From contig BCIN01000001.1 of assembly GCA_039545335.1 (NCBI GenBank), forward strand, positions 2,043,129 to 2,107,128: a stretch of DNA of 64,000 nt, read 5' to 3'. The DNA is from Kondoa subrosea. Taxonomy: Eukaryota. How positions within the stretch are numbered: the first letter of the stretch is position 1; each line of letters begins with the position of its first letter. Position numbers and translations under genes: made by a program. The notes below the pieces were generated by a model that was not told where the DNA came from, ran no database searches, and saw nothing but the letters and a program-made list of their open reading frames with translations. Positions 14,479 to 27,361 of this stretch are shown one piece after another.

Positions 14479-15255
14479 ATGGCCACGCACAGAGAAGCAA
14501 AGGTAAGGCTCAAAGCAAGACAAAGCGCTGCCAAACAGGAATTGTGTCTAAGGACTCAACTTATGCGACTTGCATGTATAGTTTCCGGATACACCTTATA
14601 TCGATCCTGCTCCTCTACCTTCCTCTATCCCTGAAATTACAGAAGTGGGCGTTACTTCTGCTCCATTGAAATCAGCAGCTTTCTTCTTGGGTGCTTATTG
14701 CAAAGATTACAATGGTAAGCAGTCAATTCGCTCTAGTCATGTCAAGGCTGAGTGAGATTGTTGCAATTGACAGAGGACTTTATGCTGTGCAAAGCAGAAA
14801 ACAGAGATCCTGGGCATTGCTTGAAAGAGGGACGAAGGGTAACACGCTGTTCTCAAGATTTGTGAGTCGTCTCTGCAGTCATCCTGCATGATTGGGCACG
14901 CTGATGATCAATGTACAGATTCGAGAAATTGCGGTCGAATTGTGAAGCTACTTGGAATTCGCATTGGCAATGTCTGGAGCGACAGAATCAGGCAGGTCTT
15001 CCTCTTCAGATGCCTCTTTCGAATGTTGAGATCAGAAGATCCTGTAGAACTACTATGCCTGCCGAAAAGAAGAAAAGCAATTCAATGCTTGTGTACTGGA
15101 TAAGCTGGTCAGTATATGTTTTGGCAAGAAATACACCAGTACTCAGTCATTATTCATGTTGACAGGGACTAAAGAAGGAAATACCTGGGACACCGGAAGG
15201 AAGCGTGCCTGTACACGAGAAGAAATCACCATTGTTTGGGAGGATCCAAAAGTAG
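14479..15255 (+). CDS. NDUFA8: NADH:ubiquinone oxidoreductase subunit NDUFA8 (twin CX9C)
   Basis: EVGVTSAPLKSAAFFLGAYCKDYNEDFMLCK...CLKEGRRVTRC...HWQCLE...CRKEEKQFNACV after splicing. Confidence 0.93.
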
Positions 15256-16074
15256 CTATACAAAGAGCTCAATGCAGTCTTCTTTCATTTGTGCTTTACC
15301 TGGAGTCACCCGTCGCAAAGCTGCTGGCAGCACCCCAGAAAAGTGTGATCGATGGCCTTCGAAACCTTGATGTATCAACATCCTGCTTCCCGATGATTCT
15401 GGCGCTCGCTCTTGGACTTCCTTGATATCATTTGGTTGTTGGGATCATGTTTCTTCTGCTTGCTGTGTTGTCTTAATAGACACTCTGTTCTTACCAATAA
15501 ATATTGTGCTGCTTCTTTGCAGCTCGCGAGCTTCCGCGATGATTGTTGCGCTTTCCTCTCATTCTCGAGTCTTTGGTTACCCTACTAGTACGCGCAATTA
15601 CGTGCAGGATCGGCAGCAAACATCAACAAATATTTTTGCAACCGCGTTGCTTCAAATGCTCGTTCGCCCTTTGCACTCGCTGAGCAAAAGACACGCAATA
15701 CTGTCGCCAAAGTCAATCACTTACCTCTTATGCCTCTTCCGTATGAGATCTCAGCTGCTCTCACCGACAACTCAAAATGATAAAGTTTCACCTTCTTCCT
15801 CAAGAATTTCCCTCCTTATATCTACCGTATCTATATGGTGCAAAGCTCGCTGCGCCCGCTGGAACTTGGGACAGTGTGTAGTCGTAACACTTCTTAAACT
15901 CAGGATCTCGGCCTTTGTCGGACTTAAGACCGATCTGTGAGATCACTCCACAAGAACGAAAATCTTTATTTTGGTTGCTTATCAGCTGAAATCAGTAATA
16001 ATCCGACGCTTGCCCCTGGATCATCCCTCATCAAAGAGAAGACAAGTTCTCCCAGTGGGCATCATTTCTGTACC

Positions 16075-18267
16075 ATGTCTGTTCCCAACGCAGGTCTGCA
16101 AGTCACTGCAGCCTACCCAGAAGCAGAAGATCCATCCTTAGTGAATGTACCAATAGAGAAGACGGACGAGACAGATCAACCACTTCTTGCACCTGATCAA
16201 TTTGATCCTAAATTGGAAGCAACAAGAAAAGAAATCTGGTCCTATTATGCATACTATGCAGGCAACAATGGATTGACCTTATTCAATTATGGTCCAACAG
16301 CAGCTCAAAATGCTCTGTACGAAGCGGGAGGTGACTCAGGCGTGCTATATTTCTTCGGCGCAACAAGATCTATCTCTTCTATCATCTTACTCACTAATGG
16401 CATCTCCTTCGCAATTCAATGTGTTCTTTTCCTGATTCTTGGATCTCTTGCCGATTACGGAACATGGAGACCTTATATTTTGATTTTTTGGTCGATTGTC
16501 AGTTTTGCTATAGGTTTCGCTTGGATGGCTGTACATCAGCCTAGCAAGTGGGAAGCCGGAATAGCATTGTGAGAAGCTATGCCAATGATCTGTGAGATCT
16601 GGCTAAATAGAATGTCAGATACATGGTTGGATTAATCTGTACGTCTTCACGGCGCCTCAGAACCACTTAGCTAATCATTATGTCTAGCTTACCAAATGTG
16701 TATCACTTTTTGGACTGCCGCTTTCCCGTATGCTCTTGTTGGCTCTCGCACATGGGACAGAAATTGAGCATTTAATACAGCGGACTGGCTCGAAATACAC
16801 CAGAAATGCGAGAAGCAGCAGAACAATACGAAGCAGGCGAAATCAGCCGAGAGAAATACGACGAACACGATATGATGCAACGCAATCGAATTTCCAACGT
16901 CTCTTTCATTGTGCAATCGGCAGTCGAAATTATTATACTCGCTATATTGATCGGTATACTCTTCGCGCTGCATGTGGACGACACAACGGCGCAGAATGAT
17001 TATGGTCTAAGCGTTGCTATCGCAGTGAGTCTTTCGGCGTGATCTTCTTGTTCATTCGCCTGACTTGGGCTTGTTCCGCTTTTATAGTATTGCACTGGCT
17101 GTTGGATCATTCTTGCAATTCCTTGGTTCTTTTTCGAGAAACGTCGTCCAGGTCAAAAGTTACCGCCTGGTATGAACTTGATCAGTGTCACATTTGTAAC
17201 TCTATGGCGCGCAATGTCTCAAATCTGGAGACTGAAGCAGACCTTGATTTATCTAATTGGATACTTCCTTCTCGGTGACAGTCTAAATACCGTTCGTCTA
17301 AAGTCTCTCTTCTGTCAAGGATGCGCTCATATGCTGTGTATACTGAGTTCAGACTGTGACGGTCATTGGAACCTTACAAAGTGAAGCAATCGCATATAGC
17401 TCAAAGACACTCGCCTATCTGCTCATTATTGGTATCGCTGCACAACTCGTTGGTATTTGGGCTTTCTGGACTATTCAGAAGAGATGGCGCTTGTCGACGA
17501 AGACCATGTTCAGTGAGCTGATTCTGACACCAATAATAAAAGTACTGAATCAGATCATTGTTCAGACGCTGTCATGGTCGGCATTCTTGTGCTAGATGGA
17601 TGGGGTCTCATAGGCATATGGACCCAAAAGTTTGGCTACCACAACAAATGGTAACTTGCCGCACATAAAGCTCTCCGGATTTGCTCATTAATATGCCATG
17701 CTAGGGAATTCTACTTGTATCAAGTCGTTTACGGAATTTTGGTTTGCCCTTGGTACAGCTATTCCCAAGTAAGGCAAATTGTCCTATCGCAAAGATGCCT
17801 GTCTAAGCTTTGTCCTTGATTAGACCATGATCAGTGAAGTAGTTCCACGAGGTACGCTGGAGATTGGTTTCCTGGTTGCTCACAAATTAAATTCATTCTT
17901 TGTAGGCAAAGAATTCCTCTTCTTCAGTCTCTTGTAGGTGATATCTGGGTTGGCCCGCTGTCTCCGCTGATGAATGTCTATTTTTCTAGCTCCGTCATGG
18001 GCAAGACCTCTTCTTTCATTGGGCCGATCGTTTCGAGTGCGTCCTGTACTGTCTTATGATTTCTAATGCTCAGATTACCGCCCTCCAGGTGCCATCATTG
18101 ATGCATCACCAAGTCGAAACAACTCTCTACCGTTTTACTTCCTCTTTGGTTTGACAGCAATATCGTTTGCTATGCTCGCATACTTTGTTGACTTGAAGAA
18201 GAGCAGAGTAGAGCAAGAGCAGTTCTTGAACGAGGAAAAGAAGCGTCTAGACGGGAAACTTTCGTGA
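16075..18267 (+). CDS. ATG22: Atg22-like vacuolar effluxer (MFS, UMF1 family)
   Basis: KEIWSYYAYYAGNNG, GSLADYGTWR, FWTAAFPGLARN, YFLLGDSLNT, SEVVPRGKEFLFFSL, GKTSSFIGP. Confidence 0.85.
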
Positions 18268-18429
18268 AGTCTGACTGTACGCTAGAACAGAATGTAAGAA
18301 GTCGTGTATGCTGCTATGTCGTTTGTTCTGTTCTATTTGCAAGCCCTTTAAGCCAGACTACAGTAACTCCAGAAACATTGAGCGAAACGAGATGCCTCGA
18401 AACAACCGTCATACCACATCCCGTATACA

Positions 18430-19872
18430 ATGAGCTCTAGCAAAGAATATAAAGTTGTGGTCTTGCCAGGCGATGGTATAGGTCAGCGCAATCAAACTAG
18501 TGCAACTCGGTCATTTTCTGACAGAGGCAAATCCCGCTTTGGTGCATGCAGGCCCAGAGGTGACCAGAGAGGGTGTACGCGTCTTGGAAACTATCTCGAA
18601 ACTATTTCCTTCAAGTCAATTCAAGATCTCTTCGCATGATTTCGGCGGAATAGCTATTGACAATCACTCTGACCCATTACCCGAGTCAACACTTACTGCA
18701 TGCAAACAAGCAGATGCAATAATGTTGGGAGCTGTAGGAGGACCTAAATGGGGAACAAACAAGATCAGACCTGAGCAGGGCTTGCTGAAATTGAGGAAAG
18801 AATTGGATCTTTACGCAAACATTCGACCTGCTTTGTTTCCTTCTGAATCTCTACTCAAGAAATCTCCTTTGAAAGAAGAGTTGGCTAGAGGTACAGAAAT
18901 TATCGTAGTGAGGGAATTGGTTGGTGGAATTTATTTCGGTCAACGTCAAGAAGGTGATCCTAAAGCTACTGACGGCAATGAAGCTTTGGCTTGGGATCGA
19001 AGTGATTATTCAGTCAAAGAGATTCAAAGAATCGCAAGAGTTGCAGCTGCTTTGGCTTACGCTCATGATCCTCCTTATCCTGTTACTTCAGTCGATAAAG
19101 CAAATGTTTTGGCTACAAGTCGATTATGGAGAAGCGTTGTGACAGATGTCTTTGAAAAGGAGTTCCCAGATCTGAAGCTTTCGCATCAATTGGTCGATTC
19201 GGCTGCTATGATAATCTGCTCGAGGCCGCAAAAGCTCAATGGAATCTTACTAAGTAGGAGGATGTCTTGCTATATTAGTTTTCACTAATATGGGGTTCGA
19301 CCTTCTACAGCTGACAATCTATTTGGCGATATTCTCTCAGTGAGCTCATTTCGGAGATGTATCATTTACGATTGACTGACTAGAATTTATAGGACGAAAC
19401 ATCTGGTATGCTATACCAGGTTGCACAAATATTAAGCTGATGCCTCGCAGTCATTCCTGGCTCTCTCGGTCTGTTACCTTCAGCTTCCTTATCCGGCCTT
19501 CCAGATGGTAAATCGCATTGCAATGGTATCTACGAGCCTATTCATGGATCAGCACCCGTATGTGCATTCTTTCTTAGCATCGGGCTTCAGCTTAAAAGGG
19601 CTTTCCAGGACATTGCCGGCCAAGGCATAGCAAATCCAGTTGGAACCATTCTTTCGGTTGCTATGATGTTGCGCTACTCCTTCGGCCTGACAGAAGAAGC
19701 CGACCTGATCGAATTGGCTGTAAGGAAGGCTTTGGACGACAAAGAAACAGGTGGACATGGATGCTGGACAGCTGATCTTGGAGGCAATGCAACTACAAAA
19801 GATGTTGGCTCAAGAGTTGTTCAAGAGCTTGAAGCATTACACAGGATGAAACAGGGTGCTCCCAAAGCATAG
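18430..19872 (+). CDS. LEU2: 3-isopropylmalate dehydrogenase
   Basis: [79 protein letters not shown]. Confidence 0.97.
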
Positions 19873-20244
19873 CTTGTGTATTACCTTTCGAACGAAAAGC
19901 AATTGGACCTGTTTCGGCCAAAAGCGGCACGAGGTCTTATAGAAACAACTCTAAAAATCAGTTGGTCTACACTTTTGACAACAAACCGTTCACCACCTCT
20001 GCGTAGAGGCGTAGCCTCGCACGCTCTCCAACTTTCTTTGGAAGCCTCAGCATAGCAGTCTCGCTCGCAACACCTGGCGTCGAGTCTTCCCTAGAAACCC
20101 AATTCCGACACAGCATATCATTATGGGGACCTCAGCGATCTAAACACTCGCCCTGTGCAAAGCTCAGGCTGTACAGCATTCGCATTATCTTGCCCTTTCG
20201 CCAAAGTCCCTTCCTGCCCTACCAAACTTGCAAAATAACACACA

Positions 20245-21429
20245 ATGCAAGTTTCAGCTTTCGAGGAAGTCTCCTTCGATACTACCCCTTCAAGTCCATC
20301 AAGCTATTCCCTTTGGTCATGGTCTTCATCTAATGCAAGCGCATCAAGCTCAAGTCGGACTTCATCTGTTTCAACGTATAGCGCCGCTAGCACTAGATCT
20401 CCTAGCGAAAGTAGTTGCTATCGCCGAGAAGATGAAGTCGCATCATCTCAAACATTCTGCGCTCCTTCTACCTCTTCTTCATCGTCGCACGCACATTCAA
20501 GACCCAGTCCAAAACATTCTTCGACTCTAACGACCTTGACCTCTTCTTCCAGCAGCAACACATCACCTAAATCTGGTTCTTCTTCTTCTACTTCTATTCC
20601 TGATCTCAAACTCGTCCCTTCTATCTTACCCTTCACTTCTTTGGATTATCGTTCTCATACTCAAGAAAGCGATTCCTTTTCAAGCAGCAGAGCACCATCG
20701 ACTAGTTCAACTACTTCAGAATACGAAGAAGAAGATGATGAGCCTGCAAATTGGAGTGAAGTTGTACCTGGCTTGATTTATAGATCAAGTTTCCCTAGAA
20801 CAAATCATTTCCCTTATTTGAAAACCTTGGGATTGAAAAGTGTTTTGTAAGTCTTTTTGACAGTCAACAGCACATGAACTGTTTTGTTGACGGGTCTCTT
20901 TATCAGATCTTTTACTCAAGAAGAATATCCGCAAGAAAATAGGGATTTCTTTGAACAAGAAGGCATCAAGTTTTTACAAATCAGTATGCCAGGGAATAAG
21001 AATGACGGAGTAAAAGGTTCGTACTGTTTTCAACTTTGATATTTCAGGAATCTTAGTTGGAACGTGCTCTACGAACAGTACCGAGCCAATCTTTAAGGGA
21101 TGCATTAGCTTTTGTTTTGGATAGTGAGAATTGGCCAATCTTGATGCATTGCAATAAAGGAAAGGTGAGTTGTTTAGCTCCTGTTCCTCGTTGAGGTGTT
21201 GTAGCTGATTAATTGACAGCACCGGACGGGATGTGTAGTTGGCTGTTTGAGGAAACTACAGAACTGGACATTGGACGACGTAGTGGAAGAATACAAGAGG
21301 TTCAGTTTCCCGAAATCAAGAATCGTGGATCAACATTGCATTACTGCTTTCGACGTGAAACCGGTTTGGGAAGCTTTACAACTTACTGGAAGAAGGCCGG
21401 ATTGGTTAGAGGAGTATATTGGACCGTAA
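20245..21429 (+). CDS. SIW14: Siw14-like (PFA-DSP) phosphatase with long Ser-rich N-terminus
   Basis: PANWSEVVPGLIYRSSFP, MPGNK, catalytic loop HCNKGKHRTG (split by intron), LRKLQNW. Confidence 0.85.
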
Positions 21430-21633
21430 TAAGGAGCAAGCGATAGGTTGTTATATGGAGAACAGCTGTTCATTTGACACTTTGTGTAGTTCACATGCTT
21501 CTCCTTCTCACGTATGAAAAAAAGGTGCACGCAAAAGGATCGCAGGGATTGCAAGCAAGTAGTATTTATTATTGTGGCTCAGATTTAGTCTTACTGTTTA
21601 GATTTGCATTACTCATATTTCAAGCTCCCCATC

Positions 21634-22702
21634 TTAACTTTGACTTGACAAATGTTTCTGTAATTTGGCCATCGCTTTTGATCGATGAGAGATTGCATTC
21701 TTCTCTTCTTTGCTCATTTCCGCGAATCTAGTATCGCGAATCGATTGAGATCTGCAAATAGCTGCAAATAGGCCTTTGAGAAGAGCAACATACGTTTTCC
21801 CCGAAGCAGCTTCTTCAAAGATCGGATCCCACTGTGAATTGGCCCTGTGGTTTGAGCATACATTGTACAGTACAGAAGGCCTAGCAAACTCACACCAAAG
21901 TTGTTCGGCCCTCGAGGAGGAACTACTTTGCCTTCTGTCCTGCCTTCGAACAGTAGCGGTTCCGCATCAGGTGAAGAACAGTAAGCGAATGTGCAAACTG
22001 CCGTTGCTCTTGTTGTCGGGAAACCTTGTAGCAGAGTATTTAAACCTGCCGATCGAGTCAAGAAAGAGCAACTTTATTCATCAAGAAGATGAGTGTACCA
22101 TCATGTGCCAATTCTTTCATGAAGTATTTGATGTAAGGACCTGGTCTGCATTGCGTAAGTCCATTGAAGAGGAGAACAACATATAGACTCACAAGCCGCC
22201 TAGAGCTTCGAAACATAGTGCTGTATCCTGTAGGGTAAAGCTAAAGGCAATCACTAGTGAATACGGCAACAGACACATACCTCAGTCAGCGTTGGCCCAT
22301 TGATGACTTTTGCTGCTTGTTGAACCTTATGCCGCGCGACTTCTTCTATCGTTCCTTGGATCTCTGGCACTAGCCGATAGTAACGAGCATTAGTGAGCGC
22401 AGGCATGTGAGAGAAGAAGTGCATACAGTCAAGATCCTGGTTTGTGATCTGAAGGGAAGAGTTTCCACTAGCTAAGATAGCTTGAACCTGACAAGACAAG
22501 CTTCAGATAGCACGAACAAGTACAATTGGGGAGCGACTGACTTCTTTGAGCTTCTATGATCAGAGCAGCGAGTCAGACAAGAAATTCGCTTTGGCATAAT
22601 ATGAAATTTGGGAGAGGAGGAGATTGACATGGAACGGCGACCAGAAGAGGCAGAGTAGATCAACAGCCTTACATTAGCATTGCCTGTCACAAAGGTAAGC
22701 AT
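21634..22702 (-). CDS. HAM1: Inosine triphosphate pyrophosphatase (Ham1)
   Basis: [42 protein letters not shown] after splicing. Confidence 0.95.
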
Positions 22703-22830
22703 TCTGGGTTCGTCGAAGAATGAAAAGCGTGCAGTCGCTTATGTAATGAACGAAACCAGCGCTCTTTTGGAGTCTCGAGAAATACGGATAACTATAGATA
22801 CATGTTCATCCCCTATGCCATAAGCTCCAA

Positions 22831-23999
22831 TCAGAAGTCACCAAACTGTCGAGTCGCGGTAAGCAATGAAATTCAACTATCTGATCAAACTCACTACACT
22901 ACCGCGGACTGTACGCGTTGCAAAGGACGCTCAAGTCAGTACATCTGACAGGCTCGCGCAGCTATGCGCACCTTTGTATTTCCACGGCACCCCAACCCTC
23001 AATCGATCAGCTTGATCTTTTGGTCTTCGGAAAGTATTGTAAGACCCTCGATCAGCGGCTTCTTTGCTCAATTCCGCATACTTCTTTGCTTGCTTTTTCT
23101 CTTCTTCTCCGCCTGCTTTAGCTGAAGGTGGTGATAAGATCTGCTGTTGCTGTTGCTGCTGATCTTGCTGCGCATGAACGGGAAGAGGGTTACCATCCGG
23201 ATCTAGCCCTTGAGCTTTCATTACTAGAGCATCTTCTGCTGCTTCAATCTCCTCCTGATATGAGTATTAGCTAGAATGCAAAGATAACAGAGGGATGAAC
23301 GAACGTGATTTCGGAAGTGCTCGATGTCTTCGGGGTGATTGTAGGATTCGTCCGTCTGCGTTTCTGGAGTGTTGTGATATAGTTCTTCGTGACTGTAAAG
23401 CATACAAACTGCGTTAGACTGCAACCGGTCTAACGACGCCAATGCCTACTGTAAGAAGTATTCTCCTTCGGTATCGTAATGATGTCCCAATCCCTCTATG
23501 CCCTCAAAATTGGGCAAACCTCCTCTCTTGACGGATTCCAAGAATTCTCGTTTCGTGACTACTCCATCCCCATTCAAATCCAGAACCGCTAGTACTTGCT
23601 TCATGATATCTTCAGTCTTGACACTATGATCTTCATCGGATCCTGATTTAGCTCTTGAAGTCTCGTGATGTACTCCATAGATGGCCTCAAGTTCTTTGCG
23701 GTCGAGAATCCCGTTTCGATCAAGATCATGTAAATTGAAGAATGAGAGTGGGTCGAAAGCTGCCATATAAGTGAGCATAGGATAAAATCTGTATAAGAAG
23801 CTAGTCTCACAATCTATGTGATGTTCTGTTGCCATATGTCTTTCCATACTAGGTCAAAGCGTGAGCCTACATTCGATATTCAAGAGACTGCAACTGACTA
23901 GCTAGCTCCCTCTGGAGCAGTTCCATGACTTGCTCCGCCATGTCCTTTGACTGTCACCGCCAGCAGCGACAGAAAACCAATAGAAGTCTGAAAATGCAT
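22831..23999 (-). CDS. SSP120: Secretory-pathway EF-hand protein (Ssp120/nucleobindin-like)
   Basis: Signal peptide; HMATEHHI, FFNLHDLDRNGILD, DLNGDGVVT EF-hands, GHHYDTEGEY, HPEDIEHF; last exon approximate. Confidence 0.8.
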
Positions 24000-24374
24000 A
24001 AGTGTTCGAGCGCGATTCTGAGGTCGACAATGGGCGCCCTTGAGCTATAAGCTACGTGTATGGTATAAATTTCAAGCCAATGACAAACGCAAAGTGTCAA
24101 TAGCTAGTCGTAGTGAAGGTCCAAAAGGAAACTGAGATTTTAGGCACGTTCAAATGTCTGGAGTCAGATAGCAGAGACACATCACTTGCGAGACTCTCCC
24201 TTACTAGGCTACATAGATCGAGCTACACGAGGCTTATGTTGCCCATAGATCAAACGCAATCACTCTTCTTCCATGACTCCAACAAGTTTCGCTATCTTCA
24301 GTGCTTCACGAAGGACTTACTACTTCGAAACTGCTCAAATCATCACATTTCCCCCTCACAGCCTCTTGCCAACA

Positions 24375-25829
24375 TCAATGCGGGATGAAAACTGGAATCC
24401 CTTCTTTCGTGTGCCAATTGAATGCAGTTCCATGAGGCATGGGGTTTCTGATAATGGAATCATCGATGTCGGAAGAAAAGAACGACGATACATCATATGG
24501 GTACTCGTACTCTTGAGTAGCATGATTGTAGCTTCTTCTCTGTTCGACAGGGAAAATGATAGAAGCTGACGATGTTCTTGCAGCCAAAATGGATTTGATG
24601 TCGTCCATGATACGAGAGATGACAATTTGACTGCCTTGTGATCGAGACAGCCCATGAATGCCAAAGTTGTCTCTGATGGCTATCATTTCGGGCAGATAAA
24701 GAGCAATCGAGCTGTACAATGTATTCGGAAGCTTGCGCACAAGAGATAGGTATTGCAAAGGCGATTTATACTTGTCGTGCTCACTGCCAACTTGAAGGTC
24801 AAGCTTGCGCAGAGGGACGAGAGTGGCAGAATCGGCTAAACCATCAATTAATGCAGGCGAAGGGCAACCCGTGATCTGAAGAAATCGAAGATGGGAGAAG
24901 AGATCGAAAAAAGAAGATTTCCATTGTCCTGTAGTTGAACCGGCAACAACTCTGATTTTTAGAAGCTCCAACTGCTGTTGTGGATGGGAACCTAATAGAG
25001 CCAGATCAAAGTGGGTGGTTTCGTGGTCCCAGTCAATCAGTCGCAAATTGACCAGATTACTTGGAAGTACGTTGCTCAAATTGCCACGAGTCAAGATTTT
25101 TGGACCACCTGCCGATCGAATTGCTCTTAAATCAGGCCAAATATTGCCTGCAATTTGATGTAATGGTAAAATGTCTAAGAAGACTCCGCTTAAGCTGACT
25201 TCTTGCAACGCAGGCGTTAAGAAGACCAAGGGAAGCAAACTCCGATTGTTGATGAGTCGCGAGAATTTCTCATTGGAACTGTCGTCTCCTCCAAAAGTAT
25301 AGTCAAAGGCGATTTCCAGACTTCTTAAGTTGGTAAGAAAAGGCAATCCTAGGAAAGAAGAAGAGGGCGGCCAGCCAGTGCAATCTTCTGTTGATCCCCA
25401 ATAATCACCCGACTCGCCATTATCAATGATACCCAAATCATCCGATACGCAAATAACCAGACATTGAACCTTTGAAAGATAGGACGCAATGGACAGAGAA
25501 CGGAAGAGGATTTGACGACGCAATTGCTCGATGTGTTGCTTTGTCGTACTTTGCTCAATTGCTAAGCCGTAAACAACGAGAGTGAAAGTGCGGCAATTGT
25601 TTCCCAATGTAGGCTTGCTTTGTAGAGTCCTCAAAAGGCTGGAATTTCTGCGGTTGTCGAAGCCCAAGTCCTTGTACAAATACGGCAACGTTTGCTCCTT
25701 CACTCTACGATTGACCAAAGAGAGAGAACGATAGTCGCCGAGAGGTATGCCCCAATGGTCGGCTGGCGTGAGCTGGCGATGCAATGACAGTACATGACTG
25801 AAGATTTCTGACGGAAGTCTGTCGAGCAT
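24375..25829 (-). CDS. F-box-like / LRR-type lineage-specific protein (intronless ORF, 484 aa)
   Basis: N-terminal LDRLPSEIFSHVL...LSLVNRR...PYLY F-box-like pattern followed by LxxLxL repeats. Confidence 0.6.
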   Translation of the reverse strand: MLDRLPSEIFSHVLSLHRQLTPADHWGIPLGDYRSLSLVNRRVKEQTLPYLYKDLGFDNRRNSSLLRTLQSKPTLGNNCRTFTLVVYGLAIEQSTTKQHIEQLRRQILFRSLSIASYLSKVQCLVICVSDDLGIIDNGESGDYWGSTEDCTGWPPSSSFLGLPFLTNLRSLEIAFDYTFGGDDSSNEKFSRLINNRSLLPLVFLTPALQEVSLSGVFLDILPLHQIAGNIWPDLRAIRSAGGPKILTRGNLSNVLPSNLVNLRLIDWDHETTHFDLALLGSHPQQQLELLKIRVVAGSTTGQWKSSFFDLFSHLRFLQITGCPSPALIDGLADSATLVPLRKLDLQVGSEHDKYKSPLQYLSLVRKLPNTLYSSIALYLPEMIAIRDNFGIHGLSRSQGSQIVISRIMDDIKSILAARTSSASIIFPVEQRRSYNHATQEYEYPYDVSSFFSSDIDDSIIRNPMPHGTAFNWHTKEGIPVFIPH

Positions 25830-26164
25830 CAGGATACCGAAGGCCTAGGATGCTCCTTTAAGTGAGAACCATCCAGTCAAGTATCAGCCGAAGTCCTTCG
25901 AATTCAGCAGACAAAGCCACGCACAAGTGTCAAGCTATACTGATGATCTTCGGAAGCACGTAATGAGCTGCAATCGCAAAGGGCACGGAGCACATACTCG
26001 CTATCTGCAATCCTCTATTCCGTCCCAATGCATTAGTTCACTACAGTCTTGGTCGAAGTCTAATTGGTTTGGGGTAAAGGTTCGAGGAGACAGAGATCAC
26101 ACAGTGTAGCAGTCACTCTGTGGCAGTCGAAAGTCTCTATAGCAGGCATACTATTGCTATTCAC

Positions 26165-27153
26165 TCATACTATCGCAATGAACTCTTTCTGGGCAAGTTC
26201 ATCTGACCTTTTGTCCTTCTCGTCGACCGCAACACTCTTCTTCCGATTTCTCCGTATCAGGATAATGGAAAAGAACAGCCCCGCACTGACGAGAGAAGTT
26301 GAGATCAAGATGGATGGCAAGCTCGAGCTGCTCGAAATGCTTTGACCAGGTCTCTGTTGCAGCCCTTCGGTATTATTGCTGGCGGTAGAAGAGACGGCTG
26401 GAGCAACAGAAGAAGAGACTGCCCTTGGTGAGGGTGCATTGGGCTTGTCTTGCGGTGTAGAGCTCGACTGAGACAGTCCAGCCAGTGAGATTGTTTCAGC
26501 ACTCGAGCTTATTAATTGTGTCGTACTGCTTGCAGAGGAATAGAAAATGTTGCTGATGGTTAGCTTGGATTCAACTCTTCCTGACGCTTCAAGCCATTCA
26601 AAAGAGTAGGCAGAACCGTAAGCGACATACTCGCCATTCAGGAAGCTGCAGCCTGTATCAAGAATCAGCTACGTCCCGTCACGGAGTGAACGACTGACGA
26701 TTGTATTGCAGAGATCGTACTGCAGGTCCTTCTGTGAGATATTGAGGTGCCCAAGTCCCATCTACGCAAGTGTAGTTGTTCTCATTCTTGTCTGCTCGAC
26801 CATAAACAAAGAAGTTTGCCTACAAAGCAAGTTAGTAGACATTAAGAGACTTAGGAGGACGCTTACTACTGTAAATTGACCATTGTCCGGCTGTTCTGTA
26901 TCTTGCAACATCCAAGATCTCCATGCGATTTCAAGAGAAGGCACGTAACACTGCCCAGGTCCGACATCGGTCATATTATTTACGATACGATAGTAGAAGG
27001 ATTGCACGAGTCGTTAGCGCTTGATGTCGAACGAATAAGTAAGGCTCTGAAGCATTGGTCTTTCCAGACTTACGGCGAAGAATAGAAAATTAGATTGGCG
27101 GCTAGTATGTGCCGGACAGATGAGAGAAAAGATAACACGAGTACTAATAGCAT
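26165..27153 (-). CDS. Hypothetical type I membrane/cell-surface protein
   Basis: Signal peptide MLLVLVLSFLSSVRHILA, Cys-containing ectodomain, Ser-rich stalk, TM ILISTSLVSAGLFFSIILI followed by RRNRKK. Confidence 0.6.
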
Positions 27154-27361
27154 GATTATTTGGGAAGAAGGCCAAGGGGCAGCAAAACCCGTACTTGGAA
27201 GATCTCTTCGATTGTACACCTTCTTAGGGTGAGGACTATGGGCCTTCGGCCTTAGACATCACCAATAACGTGATAGTGTCAGAGATCAACTATTTTGAGG
27301 AGTGAATATAGAGGCTAAACAACAGCAACAAGGGCATGAAAGCCAGCCCAAAGAATGCTTC

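Noticed and set aside
15260..16070. ORFs 15156-15425 and 15422-15940 as genes
   Set aside because: Non-ATG starts and no recognisable motifs; more likely intergenic or 5' leader of the ATG22-like gene
22554..22672. Intronic snoRNA in the unusually long HAM1 intron 1
   Set aside because: No box C (RUGAUGA) or convincing H/ACA structure seen
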